From an uncultured Ignavibacteriales bacterium (GTDB lineage Bacteria; Zixibacteria; MSB-5A5; GN15; FEB-12), in the NCBI GenBank assembly GCA_964464605.1, contig CAYXJN010000001.1, positions 131,068-195,067 of the forward strand: 64,000 nt of DNA. Reading direction: 5' to 3'. Position numbers and translations under genes: made by a program. The notes beneath the pieces are model-generated. The model did no database searches, had not been told where the DNA came from, and saw nothing but the letters and a program-made list of their open reading frames with translations. Positions 9,440 to 18,688 of the stretch are shown piece after piece. The first letter of the stretch is position 1; each line of letters begins with the position of its first letter.

Positions 9440-10512
9440 GGCCAGCGATCCGACTTTCTGACAATAGTGACCGGTGTTCCTACACTGGTAAATCGCATCA
9501 AATGATCCATATCCGCATTCGAAAGCGCAACACAGCCGAGCGTCCAGTCTTCATTTTTCCCGCCGTGGCCGTGGATTTCAATCAGTCCGCCGATACGGGC
9601 AGACTTGGAAATCATACCTTTATCCTTCTCTCTTTTAAACCGAATTTTATCTTCTTCGTTCGGATAATTTAAGAGCAAGGCCTTGTAATACATACTACCG
9701 GTCGGCCGGTATTTGCTAACATAATATTTCCCCTCCGGCGTTGCGCCGTCACCGGATAAAGTCTTTTGCTGTGACGGATTAAAACCCAAATCACAGTCAT
9801 ATGAGCGTATAATATTTCCATCTTTAAGTAAATAGGTCTTCCGGTCGGATTTCACGACAATAACGGCGTATCCGTTACTCCGACTCGACTGCTCAACTGT
9901 TTCCCGAACCAGCCGTCGCCAGGTACCGATAAGGTTGGCCTCTTCCGCGGCGAAATTCGATACAAGAATACCGACGCGGTGGAGTGCATGTTTTCCTTTT
10001 TCCAGTTCTTCGATAGCATCTTCATATTCCCCGGCTTTTTCAAGCTGCTCAGAAGTACTGATAGCAAAGCGGGTGGAAGAAAGATATTTAGCAGCGCGGT
10101 TTTGCACTAATGAGCCACCGACTGAACTCTGCCATTCGGTCAGATCGGTGACTAACGCGGTCCGTTCATTGAACGCAGTAGTACGCAGGTAGTCGATACT
10201 GTCGGTTGCTTTTTTCCCGGCTTGTTTGGCGAGTTCGGTTGCGTAAAGTAAGAGTGAGTCTGCTTTGTCATAATCACGCAAAACGGCGAAACGTCCGTTT
10301 TGGCTGGCGATTTCCATCCAGCCGATCTGCACCAAAGATTCAGCGTATTTGTACTTGGGGGCAGCATACCGACGGGCACCTGCTTTGGCGGCATCCTGAA
10401 GCGCTTTTTTTGCTAGCTCCAGCCTGCTGACCGGTGCGTCCTGGCAGCCAGCTATCGCCAGGGCAACGATAGACACCAGAAGGACTCCTATAACGACAAA
10501 ACGGGCTTTCAT
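9436..10512 (-). CDS. Lipoprotein with N-terminal helical (DUF4398-like) region and C-terminal YafK/DpaA-type L,D-transpeptidase-fold domain
   Basis: Start moved to ATG 10512 (MKARFVVIG..LAIAGC lipobox); GDGATPEGKY, YYKALLLNYPN, GGLIEIHG...WTLGCVAL catalytic motif. Confidence 0.88.
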   Translation of the reverse strand: MKARFVVIGVLLVSIVALAIAGCQDAPVSRLELAKKALQDAAKAGARRYAAPKYKYAESLVQIGWMEIASQNGRFAVLRDYDKADSLLLYATELAKQAGKKATDSIDYLRTTAFNERTALVTDLTEWQSSVGGSLVQNRAAKYLSSTRFAISTSEQLEKAGEYEDAIEELEKGKHALHRVGILVSNFAAEEANLIGTWRRLVRETVEQSSRSNGYAVIVVKSDRKTYLLKDGNIIRSYDCDLGFNPSQQKTLSGDGATPEGKYYVSKYRPTGSMYYKALLLNYPNEEDKIRFKREKDKGMISKSARIGGLIEIHGHGGKNEDWTLGCVALSNADMDHLMRFTSVGTPVTIVRKSDRWP

Positions 10513-10528
10513 GGGTGACCTATGAGTA

Positions 10529-10555
10529 GTATCGGTTATACAATAAATCGACTTA
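10529..10555 (-). promoter_or_regulatory. Possible internal sigma-28-like promoter (TAAGT-N14-ACCGATAC)
   Basis: Same spacing as the three better sites; -35 imperfect; overlaps the terminator U-tract. Confidence 0.35.
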
Positions 10556-10589
10556 AAAAAACATGGGGACGCCAAACGGCATCCCCATG
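10555..10589 (-). terminator. Intrinsic terminator after the helical lipoprotein gene
   Basis: Minus strand CATGGGGATGCC-GTTT-GGCGTCCCCATG (12-bp stem, one G-U) followed by a 7-T run. Confidence 0.85.
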
Positions 10590-10618
10590 CGTGAATTCAA
10601 GCTCTACAAAAGGCTGTT

Positions 10619-11212
10619 TTATCGACCAGCTTTTTTCATTGCAGCGTTGGCGATTTCCTGAGTAATCGCGTTGGAACGGTCAACAACCTGCTGTGCCTTG
10701 GTCCGGGCGGACAGGTACTTGCCGGCGTTGAAGTCATTGTTGGCATCGGTCATCATAGCGTTTACGCCATCCAAGTCACTCTTGATCAGGTCAAGATCAG
10801 CCTTATTGCCTTTGCCGCGCGGGGCTTTGGAAAGCGCATCAGAGGCAGCCGTCCAGGCAGTCTGGGCGGTGGTCAACAGGGTCATGACTTCATTCTTGAC
10901 GCGTTCTTTTTCGGCTTCGGCCTGGGTCGCTACATCTTTGGCGATGGCTTCGGCGCGGACGAACATGTTCTTGGTGTCGGTATACGAACGGAACAGAGCA
11001 AACTTCTCATCCTGTTCTTTCTTGGCAGCCATAGCAGCATTCAGGGTATCCTGAACCATCTGCCATGCATCCGGAACATACATTTCGGCTTCAGCGCCGC
11101 GAGCATGCTCAATAGCAGCGTTGGCAGCCTGCATTTCGGCTTCTGGCGGTTTCGAGCACCCTACCAACGCCAAAAGCGCAAATACGGTGATTAGGAGTGA
11201 TATGCGTTTCAT
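10619..11212 (-). CDS. Ala/Lys-rich all-helical lipoprotein (DUF4398-like repeats)
   Basis: Start moved to ATG 11212 (RBS GAAAGGA); MKRISLL...LALVGC lipobox; repeated A..AI..A..A.A..Y helical units; C-terminus AAMKKAGR. Confidence 0.8.
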   Translation of the reverse strand: MKRISLLITVFALLALVGCSKPPEAEMQAANAAIEHARGAEAEMYVPDAWQMVQDTLNAAMAAKKEQDEKFALFRSYTDTKNMFVRAEAIAKDVATQAEAEKERVKNEVMTLLTTAQTAWTAASDALSKAPRGKGNKADLDLIKSDLDGVNAMMTDANNDFNAGKYLSARTKAQQVVDRSNAITQEIANAAMKKAGR

Positions 11213-11404
11213 ACCGTCCACATTCCTTTCTTTCCTGCATGGTTGCAGGCATTCGTTTCGCAAAGGGTTCGCGCTTGCACGCGAAGGCCTTCACACTTGT
11301 TTTGTTGTGAATTTGATCTTTTCAATTCTCTTAAGTCTTCCCTCGTAGTCACGCGGTAAATATTACACGAGTTCAATGCGTACCCTACGAAAAAAACAGC
11401 GCGA

Positions 11405-11433
11405 ACATTATCGATTTTTAAGGCGTTTGTAAA
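11405..11433 (-). promoter_or_regulatory. Candidate sigma-70 promoter for the lipoprotein-LDT operon (TTTACA-N17-TAATGT)
   Basis: Near-consensus -35, 17-nt spacer and TANNNT -10, about 190 nt upstream of ATG 11212. Confidence 0.4.
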
Positions 11434-11721
11434 TACATTTTTTCACAAATTTTAGCTGGTTCCCCTTTGCAAAGAGCCAAAAAAGCGACAGGAAAAGCAC
11501 ACTCGGCAGGGTGTGTTTGATGCTCTTTATTATAATGTCGTTCAACAGATTACGGCGATTCTTCGTATCGTGTTTGATCGAATAAAATCCTGATAGCTAC
11601 ACACCTGCGGTTAAAGCATTGGTTGAAAGATTGCCTCTTTCTTCCAAATTCGTGGCTTTGGGAAAGCAGTAAAAAAGCAGGCAAAAACGGCTTGGTGGCT
11701 CGTGAAAAAGAGAAAAAGCGG

Positions 11722-12990
11722 CTATTTGACGGTTGGCAAAAGGGCGCTGTCTAAGAGCTGGGCTTCGACCAGTTGTTCTATCACACTATTGAGTGTGTCG
11801 ACGACATACACCTGTTGAGCATCCGTGAGTGAGTGATACAACGGCAGAGCTAACGACAATTTGTCAGCCAAGTAACAGTTCGGTAAATCAAACGGTTGAT
11901 ATCCGTAGGTCTCCCGATAATACGAAAGGGTGTGAACGGCATGGGTGCCTTGACGGGTCGATATTCCTGCTGCTTCTAAATCAGCCATCAGACGGGTGCG
12001 CAGTTTACCGAGTTGATCGATACATTTTTTATCTTCCGCTAAGTCAGCAAGTTCATACCCGCCGGTAAAGGTGCAGACATACGCCTGCCATCCATGAGCG
12101 TATCCCTGTGGTTCTTTCGGAAGTACAAACGAAGGATGCCCCCCTAATAGCTGATTGTACCGTTTTGCTCTCTTTTCACGGGCGGATAAGATAGTGTCCA
12201 GTTTTTCCATTTGAGCAATACCGACTGCTCCCTGCAAATCAGTCATGCGATAGTTGTATCCGACCTCCGGAAAATCCGGCATGAGATAGGGCTGGTCATT
12301 CAGATGTCCTTTGCGCATCGCGCCATGATCCCGCAGGCGACGGAGATGGTCGGCGATTGCGTTATCATTCGTAACAATCATCCCCCCTTCACCGGTCGTG
12401 ATAACTTTACGCGGATGAAAACTAAAACAGGCAACGCCTGCTTCCGTACCGGCTTTATGTCCCTTACGGGTTCCACCCAATCCGCAGGCGGCATCTTCGA
12501 TAATAGTGCAGTTATACTTTTCAGCGAGTTTTTGAATCTCCGGCATCGGTACGCAGAGACCGAATAAAGAAACCGGAACGATCGTTTTGATTCGCTTACC
12601 CTGTACCGTGCGTTCACGCAAACAGGTTTCAAGCGCGTTTACATCAAGATTGAAAGTGGTCGGATCAATATCGATAAAGACCGGACGGGCGCCGATATAC
12701 TCCACCGCATTCGCCGTCGCAATAAAGGTAAATGATGGGAGAATAACCTCATCCCCCGGTTCCACACCAGCAGCAAGCAACGCCAAATGAAGGGCCGTGG
12801 TGCATGAAGTGGTCGCAATCGCATGCTTAACGCCCAGCCATTCGGCAAAGCGTCGCTCGAACTCGGCGACCTGTTTTCCCTGCGCCAGCCATCCGGATCG
12901 CAGGACCTGTAAAACCAGTTCCTCTTCATGCGCGTCGATAGCGACCCGTGTGATCGGGATTTTGGGTACCGTGTGATCTTTGTTTCGCAT
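11722..12990 (-). CDS. DegT/DnrJ/EryC1/StrS PLP-dependent sugar aminotransferase
   Basis: [42 protein letters not shown] (PLP Lys), GYNYRM; start may be TTG 13008 or ATG 12990. Confidence 0.93.
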   Translation of the reverse strand: MRNKDHTVPKIPITRVAIDAHEEELVLQVLRSGWLAQGKQVAEFERRFAEWLGVKHAIATTSCTTALHLALLAAGVEPGDEVILPSFTFIATANAVEYIGARPVFIDIDPTTFNLDVNALETCLRERTVQGKRIKTIVPVSLFGLCVPMPEIQKLAEKYNCTIIEDAACGLGGTRKGHKAGTEAGVACFSFHPRKVITTGEGGMIVTNDNAIADHLRRLRDHGAMRKGHLNDQPYLMPDFPEVGYNYRMTDLQGAVGIAQMEKLDTILSAREKRAKRYNQLLGGHPSFVLPKEPQGYAHGWQAYVCTFTGGYELADLAEDKKCIDQLGKLRTRLMADLEAAGISTRQGTHAVHTLSYYRETYGYQPFDLPNCYLADKLSLALPLYHSLTDAQQVYVVDTLNSVIEQLVEAQLLDSALLPTVK

Positions 12991-13017
12991 TCTGCTCTCG
13001 TGTTTCAAACAGAATCA

Positions 13018-13044
13018 GTATCGGCATCGCATGCTGTTTCTTTA
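13018..13044 (-). promoter_or_regulatory. Sigma-28 (FliA/WhiG)-type promoter for the aminotransferase
   Basis: TAAAG-N14-GCCGATAC, close to the established TAAA-N15-GCCGATAA consensus. Confidence 0.7.
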
Positions 13045-13058
13045 CTAAACAAACGTGC

Positions 13059-13085
13059 TCAAGTTTTACGCAGTTCGGCCGATAG
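13059..13085 (+). promoter_or_regulatory. Sigma-28-type promoter for the epimerase/dehydratase
   Basis: TCAAG-N14-GCCGATAG, 7 nt before ATG 13093. Confidence 0.7.
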
Positions 13086-13092
13086 AAGGGGC

Positions 13093-14148
13093 ATGACAAC
13101 ACCAAATGCGAAACCAGAGCGGAAACCGGCGGTAATCAGCCCAATTTCCGGAAAACAGATTTTCATTACCGGCGGCGCCGGGTTTATCGGTTCGACGCTG
13201 ATCGGCCAGTTAATCGAAAACAACTATATCACTGTCTATGATAACCTACACCGTAACGCGCTTTCCAACTGCCCATATGCAAAACATCGGAATCTCCAGA
13301 TTATCAAAGGGGATATTTTAGATTATCCGCATCTTGCGAAATCGATGATGGGTTCGCAGATCGTCGTTCACTGTGCCGCTATCGCCGGGATCGATACGGT
13401 TATCAAACGTCCGACTGAAACGATGCGGGTCAATATGATCGGCACGGCCAAAGTGCTGGAAGCGGCCCTGCATATGGGTACGCTGGAACGCTTAGTTGAT
13501 TTTTCGACCAGTGAAGTATTCGGCCAATCGGCTTTTCGCAGTGAAGAAACCGCAATTACGCATATTGGCGCAGTCGGGGAAGCCCGCTGGACATACGCCG
13601 TCAGCAAATTAGCCGGTGAGCATTTAACCAAGGCGTATCATCAGGAATTCAATTTACCGACTGTTTCCGTTCGTCCGTTCAATGTGTACGGTCCCGGCCA
13701 GGTCGGTGAAGGCGCCTTAAGCACATTCATCAAACGGGCGCTGGTAAATGATGAGATACAGATTCACGGGGACGGTAATCAGATTCGTGCCTGGTGTTAT
13801 GTCGATGATTTCGTGCAGGGGCTCATGCTCGCCATGACGCATCCGAATGCTATCGGCGAGTCATTTAACATCGGCAACGCCCGCGCCGTGATTACGATTT
13901 ACGGTTTGGCGCAGACCGTTGTTCGCGTACTTAACTCAAAATCAAAAATCCGTTTTGTCGATGCGCTCAGCGCGGACGTCGAACTGCGCGTCCCGTCGAT
14001 TGAGAAAGCGAAACGTCTTTTTGGTTTTGAAGCGAAGATCGATCTGGATGAAGGGATTCGTCGTACCGCCGAAGCGTTTGCACGGCAGATGCAAACAACG
14101 TCGGCCGAAGCGGAGTCTCATGCGTTTGATCTGGTCTCAGTGTCATAG
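13093..14148 (+). CDS. NAD-dependent nucleotide-sugar epimerase/dehydratase (extended SDR)
   Basis: [22 protein letters not shown] catalytic Yxxx[10 protein letters not shown]; start moved to ATG 13093. Confidence 0.92.
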   Translation: MTTPNAKPERKPAVISPISGKQIFITGGAGFIGSTLIGQLIENNYITVYDNLHRNALSNCPYAKHRNLQIIKGDILDYPHLAKSMMGSQIVVHCAAIAGIDTVIKRPTETMRVNMIGTAKVLEAALHMGTLERLVDFSTSEVFGQSAFRSEETAITHIGAVGEARWTYAVSKLAGEHLTKAYHQEFNLPTVSVRPFNVYGPGQVGEGALSTFIKRALVNDEIQIHGDGNQIRAWCYVDDFVQGLMLAMTHPNAIGESFNIGNARAVITIYGLAQTVVRVLNSKSKIRFVDALSADVELRVPSIEKAKRLFGFEAKIDLDEGIRRTAEAFARQMQTTSAEAESHAFDLVSVS

Positions 14149-14166
14149 TTAATCTTTCCTTTATTG

Positions 14167-15114
14167 TTATCTGATTTCATCCGGACATGGACCGATTACT
14201 TTTGCCGGAACGCCGTAAACGAGCGTTTCATCCGGCACATCTTTGGTAACGGCTGATGACATCCCCACCACGCTGTTATCGCCAACAGTAATACTCGAAA
14301 TAATCGATGCAGACGGCGCAATGCGGGTGCGTTTTCCTATTTTGGCGTTTCCAAGCACATTGACATTGGCAGTGATAACGGAATCTTCGCCAAGCACAGC
14401 GTTATGGGCGATATAGGTAAGGTTATCTATTTTGCAGCCCCGTTTGATAATCGTGTCACCAAAGTTTCCGCGATCGATACAGACATTGGAGCCGATATGC
14501 ACATCGGATTCGATCTGTACCCCGCCGAGAAACGGAAAATTGATTCTGTTGCCATCGGAACAGCGAACGAATCCGTACCCTTCCCCCCCGATTACCGCAC
14601 CCGGTTTGATAGTCACATTGTTTCCGATCTTCACTGATGCACCAACCCAATTGTTCCCCTGAAACGAAACATTCTCGCCTATTACTGCACCTTTTTCGAC
14701 TAAGGCATTTGGACCGAGATAACAGGACGAATGTAAGTCTTCGGCTTTGATAAATTCCGGGTGATACCACTCGATTGATTGCTGGAACAGCCGGATAAAT
14801 TCCACTTGGGGATGTTTGGTAAACAAAAATACCTGATTCTCTTTCGGAATAACTTTGACGCGAAGGGTTTCTTCGATGAGTACGAGCGATGCAGGGCAGC
14901 TATCGATAGCGGCGATTGTCTTTTTCTCATCACGACGCGGCGCGGTGTAGGCATAGGTTACCGTCCCCTGAGCAGCATCCGACAACGGTGCGAAATAAGA
15001 AGATTCCCGAATGAGAAGATTGCCGTCTCCCACTAACTGCGGCGATGCTCCCCCCCGTTCCTTGAGAAACCGAACAATTGTTGTGGGAGTGATGGTGCGA
15101 AGACGGTATTGCAT
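14167..15114 (-). CDS. Hexapeptide-repeat N-acyltransferase (LpxD-like fold), probably acting on an amino sugar
   Basis: Left-handed beta-helix repeats, GGEGYGF, IDRG, KIDNL.YIAHN, VYGVPAK. Confidence 0.8.
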   Translation of the reverse strand: MQYRLRTITPTTIVRFLKERGGASPQLVGDGNLLIRESSYFAPLSDAAQGTVTYAYTAPRRDEKKTIAAIDSCPASLVLIEETLRVKVIPKENQVFLFTKHPQVEFIRLFQQSIEWYHPEFIKAEDLHSSCYLGPNALVEKGAVIGENVSFQGNNWVGASVKIGNNVTIKPGAVIGGEGYGFVRCSDGNRINFPFLGGVQIESDVHIGSNVCIDRGNFGDTIIKRGCKIDNLTYIAHNAVLGEDSVITANVNVLGNAKIGKRTRIAPSASIISSITVGDNSVVGMSSAVTKDVPDETLVYGVPAKVIGPCPDEIR

Positions 15115-15123
15115 GACAAAAAT

Positions 15124-16854
15124 TTATTTTACGCCCTTCCAGCTGCCCGGAAAAAATTCCTGATAATCGACTGATAAGCCGTGATAAATAAAATCATACA
15201 GATACCAGTATTTCTGAATCAACGTTTTGGAATCGAAATGTCGTTTCGCCCATTCATGGCACGCGCGTCCTCGACGCTTTAATTCTTCTTCATCTTTTAC
15301 CAATGCGGTAATCGTGTCATACGCTGTATCGGCTGTGACATGCGCGACCGGAGTGTCGGGGAAAATGTAACGGGAGAAATTGGCAAGCTGCACCACCGGC
15401 ACTAAACCCATCGCTGCGGATTCGGTCGTATTGTTGCCGAACGATTGCCAAAGCGAAACAAAATGCAGATGGCAGTCGCTTTTTCGTTTCAAACATTCAT
15501 CATTTTTCAAACCGGAAATCATGACCGGCTGCACCTTTGGATTTTCTTTAGCGACTTTGAGAATGATTTCTTCAATAATATCAGTTCGTTTGATATCCCG
15601 GTAATTCGCGCCTGACGGAGCATGGCAGATTTTGATACCGCCCGAAAAATCCATTTTTGTTTTCGGCATCTCATCGACATCGAGAAAATACGCCTGTAAA
15701 TCATAAAAGCTGACGCGCAGTCGCTTGACCATTGTCCAGTCGACGGCGGTTAAGCCTTCGAATCCGGTTTTTTTATGGAATGCTTCCACTGCCGGGCCGT
15801 TGTTGCGCAGTTCCGAACCGAAGTATTGAAAGACACAGTTGGTCGGGCAGAGATATTCTCCCCAATCGATACCAGGGAGATTCACCAAGCCGCGTCCGAT
15901 ATGGAAAAAGTCGGCGCGTTTGATAAGCTCGCGGGCTTCATCGAGAGCAGTGTTGGAAACTACGCCGTTCAAATCACGGACGAGAACATCTTTGTCGTAC
16001 TGTAAATAGTCATCCTGCAAGATCACGCAGCGCGCGACATGGTTGGTGTATTTGTTAATGGTGCGAAACAACCGGGTCAATTGCCCGGCGATATTGAAGT
16101 CAGAAATAACTAAAATACGAAGGCCATCTTTTTTCGGCGCGCCGGGCGGCACTTCTTTGAAGAAAGGATCATCAGTCGCAAGCAACTTCACCACTTTGCG
16201 AACGACTAAGTCGATATCGACCGGGCGCGGATTCGGATCCGCAGCACCGACGCGCAAAGCTATCGTTTCAATCAATTCGATGTTTGTCGTAAGAAAGGGA
16301 ATACGGGATCGTATACGATCCCGCACGGTCATTACCATCGGCGTGCGTTCTAACCATTGCCCAAGCGTTTGTAAATCGGTATCGGTGAGTGATGTTATTC
16401 CGCGCAGTAAAAACAAAACCGGATCAGCGGTGTTGGTTTGCGGCGAGGTAATCATCTTTTTCAGCAATTGCAGTTTCTGTTCTGCAGAAATGGCAGTGAT
16501 ACCTTTGCCGAGTAGTAACGAATCATCATGTGACCAGGTTTGCGTGGAGATACGGGAATACAAATGCGAAAACAGAATCGGCGGGCTGGCGATTAGCTGT
16601 TCATGAGTCAGCCCTTTGGTGATTTCGGTGATGTTTTGGAGCGATTCCCGGTAATCCGGATCAAGGCGCAGCGATTCCAGAAAATAGCTAACCGCTATTT
16701 CAAGCTGGGCGGATTCAAAAGCGATAACGCCGAGATTGTTAAGCGCCTGCTTGTTGGTCGGGTCAGCCGCGAGCATCTGCTGAAACAAACGGCGGGCGTC
16801 TTCAAGTTTTCCTTCGGCGAATAGCTGTTCGCCGACTGCAATCTGTTCTTCCAT
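15124..16854 (-). CDS. TPR-containing putative GT-B glycosyltransferase
   Basis: N-terminal TPRs (ALNNLGVIAF); C-terminal ICHAPS, FGNNTTESAAMGLVPV (EAxAxGxPV-like) and terminal helix typical of GT4-like folds. Confidence 0.65.
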   Translation of the reverse strand: MEEQIAVGEQLFAEGKLEDARRLFQQMLAADPTNKQALNNLGVIAFESAQLEIAVSYFLESLRLDPDYRESLQNITEITKGLTHEQLIASPPILFSHLYSRISTQTWSHDDSLLLGKGITAISAEQKLQLLKKMITSPQTNTADPVLFLLRGITSLTDTDLQTLGQWLERTPMVMTVRDRIRSRIPFLTTNIELIETIALRVGAADPNPRPVDIDLVVRKVVKLLATDDPFFKEVPPGAPKKDGLRILVISDFNIAGQLTRLFRTINKYTNHVARCVILQDDYLQYDKDVLVRDLNGVVSNTALDEARELIKRADFFHIGRGLVNLPGIDWGEYLCPTNCVFQYFGSELRNNGPAVEAFHKKTGFEGLTAVDWTMVKRLRVSFYDLQAYFLDVDEMPKTKMDFSGGIKICHAPSGANYRDIKRTDIIEEIILKVAKENPKVQPVMISGLKNDECLKRKSDCHLHFVSLWQSFGNNTTESAAMGLVPVVQLANFSRYIFPDTPVAHVTADTAYDTITALVKDEEELKRRGRACHEWAKRHFDSKTLIQKYWYLYDFIYHGLSVDYQEFFPGSWKGVK

Positions 16855-16900
16855 GCCGACAAACTATCGGCATGGTGATTCAGAAAGGAAGATAAAACTG

Positions 16901-18583
16901 TTACGCGGTTACTAACCGGCGATAGCGGTTGCGGCGGTTTTCGAATAACCGGTTACCGAATTCCTTGGTACGCCATTCTTCGTAGGCAGAATAGTTGCCG
17001 GTGAAAAAGCGGACGTTGCCATCCCCTTCCCACACCAGCACGTGCGTACAGATACGGTTTAAGAAAAAGCGGTCGTGGCTGATAACCAGCACGCAGCCGG
17101 AATAGTTGTTGATCGCTTCTTCGAGTAAACGGAGCGTGTTGACATCGAGATCGTTGGTCGGTTCGTCCAATAAGAGCACGTTGCCGCCGATTTTCAGCAC
17201 TTTGGCCAAATGCGCGCGGTTTCGTTCACCGCCGGAGAGCTGATTGACATTTTTCTGCTGGTCGGCCCCTTTGAAGCCGAATCGTGAGAGATAACTGCGT
17301 ACCGGCATGACGAGTTTTCCGAGGGTAACATCATCGCTCCCTTCACCGATTTCCTGCACGAGTCCGTGTTCACCCGAAAGCGTATCCCGCCCCTGATCGA
17401 CATAGGCGAGTTTGACCGCCGAACCGACTAACACTTCTCCGGTATCCGGTTTTTCCTGACCGGCGATCATGCGGAAAAGGGTCGTTTTACCGGTTCCGTT
17501 CGGACCGACTAATCCGATAACGGCAGAACGGGGAACGGAGAAGGACAGATCCTTGAACAGGAGTTTATCATCATACTGCTTGCTGACATTTTTGAATTCA
17601 ATCACCTGCTGGCCAAGTTCCGGACCGGGGGCGATAACGATTCCACCACCACCCTCTTCTTTGGCCGCGGCCGCTTCACGAGCAACTAACTGCTCAAACT
17701 CAATCAGACGATTACGGCTCAGCTCGACTTTATCCTGATTGCTCATCTTAATCCAGGCAAGTTCCCGATCCAATGCGCGCGCTTTGGGTGAGCCTTTCTT
17801 TTCGGCAGCCGCTAATTTGCCGAGTTTTTGTTCGAGCCATGAGGTGTAGTTACCTTCGTACGGAATCCCGCGTGACTCATCCAATTCCAAAATCCATTTA
17901 GTGACATTGTCCAAAAAGTAGCGGTCGTGGGTAACGATGATAACCGTGCCGGGATAATCTTTCAGTTGTCCTTCCAACCAGTCGACTGTTTCCGGATCGA
18001 GATGGTTGGTCGGTTCGTCTAATAACAACAGATCAGGGCGTTCCAATAGCGCTTTGCACAAGGCAACGCGACGGCGTTCACCGCCGGACAACGTAGCGAT
18101 TGTGCGGTCATCATCAGGCAAACACATAGCATCGCTGGCGACATTAAGGATCTGATCTAAATTCCAGGCATCGAGCACATCGAGTTTGTCCTGCAATACA
18201 CCCATCCGATCCATCGCTTTTTGCATTTCATCATCGGATAACGGTTCCGCCAGTTTATTCGTAATATCATTGTATTCATTGAGCAGCTTCATGGTGTCGG
18301 CGAAAGCCCCTTCGAGCGTTTGCCGAACGGTTAATTTTTCATCCAGTTTCGGTTCCTGCATGACAATCCCGGCTTTGTAATCGCCGAGTATTTCCGCTTT
18401 CCCCTGAAATTCCTGATCGATTCCCGCCATGATACGCAGCACGGTCGATTTACCGGAGCCGTTTTCGCCGACGATGCCGATTTTTGCACCCGGGAAAAAT
18501 GACAAATAGATATCTTTGAGAACCTGTTTTTGGCCGTAGTATTTGTTCAAGCCAAGCATCGTGAAAATATATTGTTCCGCCAT
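16901..18583 (-). CDS. ettA: Energy-dependent translational throttle protein EttA (ABC-F)
   Basis: YIFTM..L.K, LSFFPGAKIG, LSGGERRRVALC, LSGGERNR.HLAK, LLDEPTNDLDV; no TMs. Confidence 0.92.
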   Translation of the reverse strand: MAEQYIFTMLGLNKYYGQKQVLKDIYLSFFPGAKIGIVGENGSGKSTVLRIMAGIDQEFQGKAEILGDYKAGIVMQEPKLDEKLTVRQTLEGAFADTMKLLNEYNDITNKLAEPLSDDEMQKAMDRMGVLQDKLDVLDAWNLDQILNVASDAMCLPDDDRTIATLSGGERRRVALCKALLERPDLLLLDEPTNHLDPETVDWLEGQLKDYPGTVIIVTHDRYFLDNVTKWILELDESRGIPYEGNYTSWLEQKLGKLAAAEKKGSPKARALDRELAWIKMSNQDKVELSRNRLIEFEQLVAREAAAAKEEGGGGIVIAPGPELGQQVIEFKNVSKQYDDKLLFKDLSFSVPRSAVIGLVGPNGTGKTTLFRMIAGQEKPDTGEVLVGSAVKLAYVDQGRDTLSGEHGLVQEIGEGSDDVTLGKLVMPVRSYLSRFGFKGADQQKNVNQLSGGERNRAHLAKVLKIGGNVLLLDEPTNDLDVNTLRLLEEAINNYSGCVLVISHDRFFLNRICTHVLVWEGDGNVRFFTGNYSAYEEWRTKEFGNRLFENRRNRYRRLVTA

Positions 18584-18688
18584 GGGAGGGGCGACGCCCC
18601 TTTCTTTCTCTTTGGGTTTAGGTCAACGTTGTAAGGAACTGATTAAAACAAAATTATTGGGAATAATCAAGTGCGCTAAATATGTACG

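Noticed and set aside
11213..11720. c-di-AMP (ydaO) or c-di-GMP riboswitch upstream of the LDT/KimA-like operon
   Set aside because: The expected conserved sequence elements were not found by eye; kept only as an unassigned structured leader
12928..13092. Apparent overlap of the epimerase and aminotransferase 5' ends in the ORF track
   Set aside because: Artefact of longest-ORF start choice; homologous sequence begins near 13093 and 12990, and the gap holds the promoters
14167..15114. Assigning the symbol lpxD
   Set aside because: The fold is similar, but the context is amino-sugar/TPR-GT genes rather than bamA-skp-fabZ-lpxA
16864..16890. Full sigma-28 promoter before the TPR-glycosyltransferase
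   Set aside because: The -10 GCCGATAG is present but the -35 position reads TTCCT; the site also sits in a hairpin (ATGCCGA...TCGGCAT), so it is not listed as a feature
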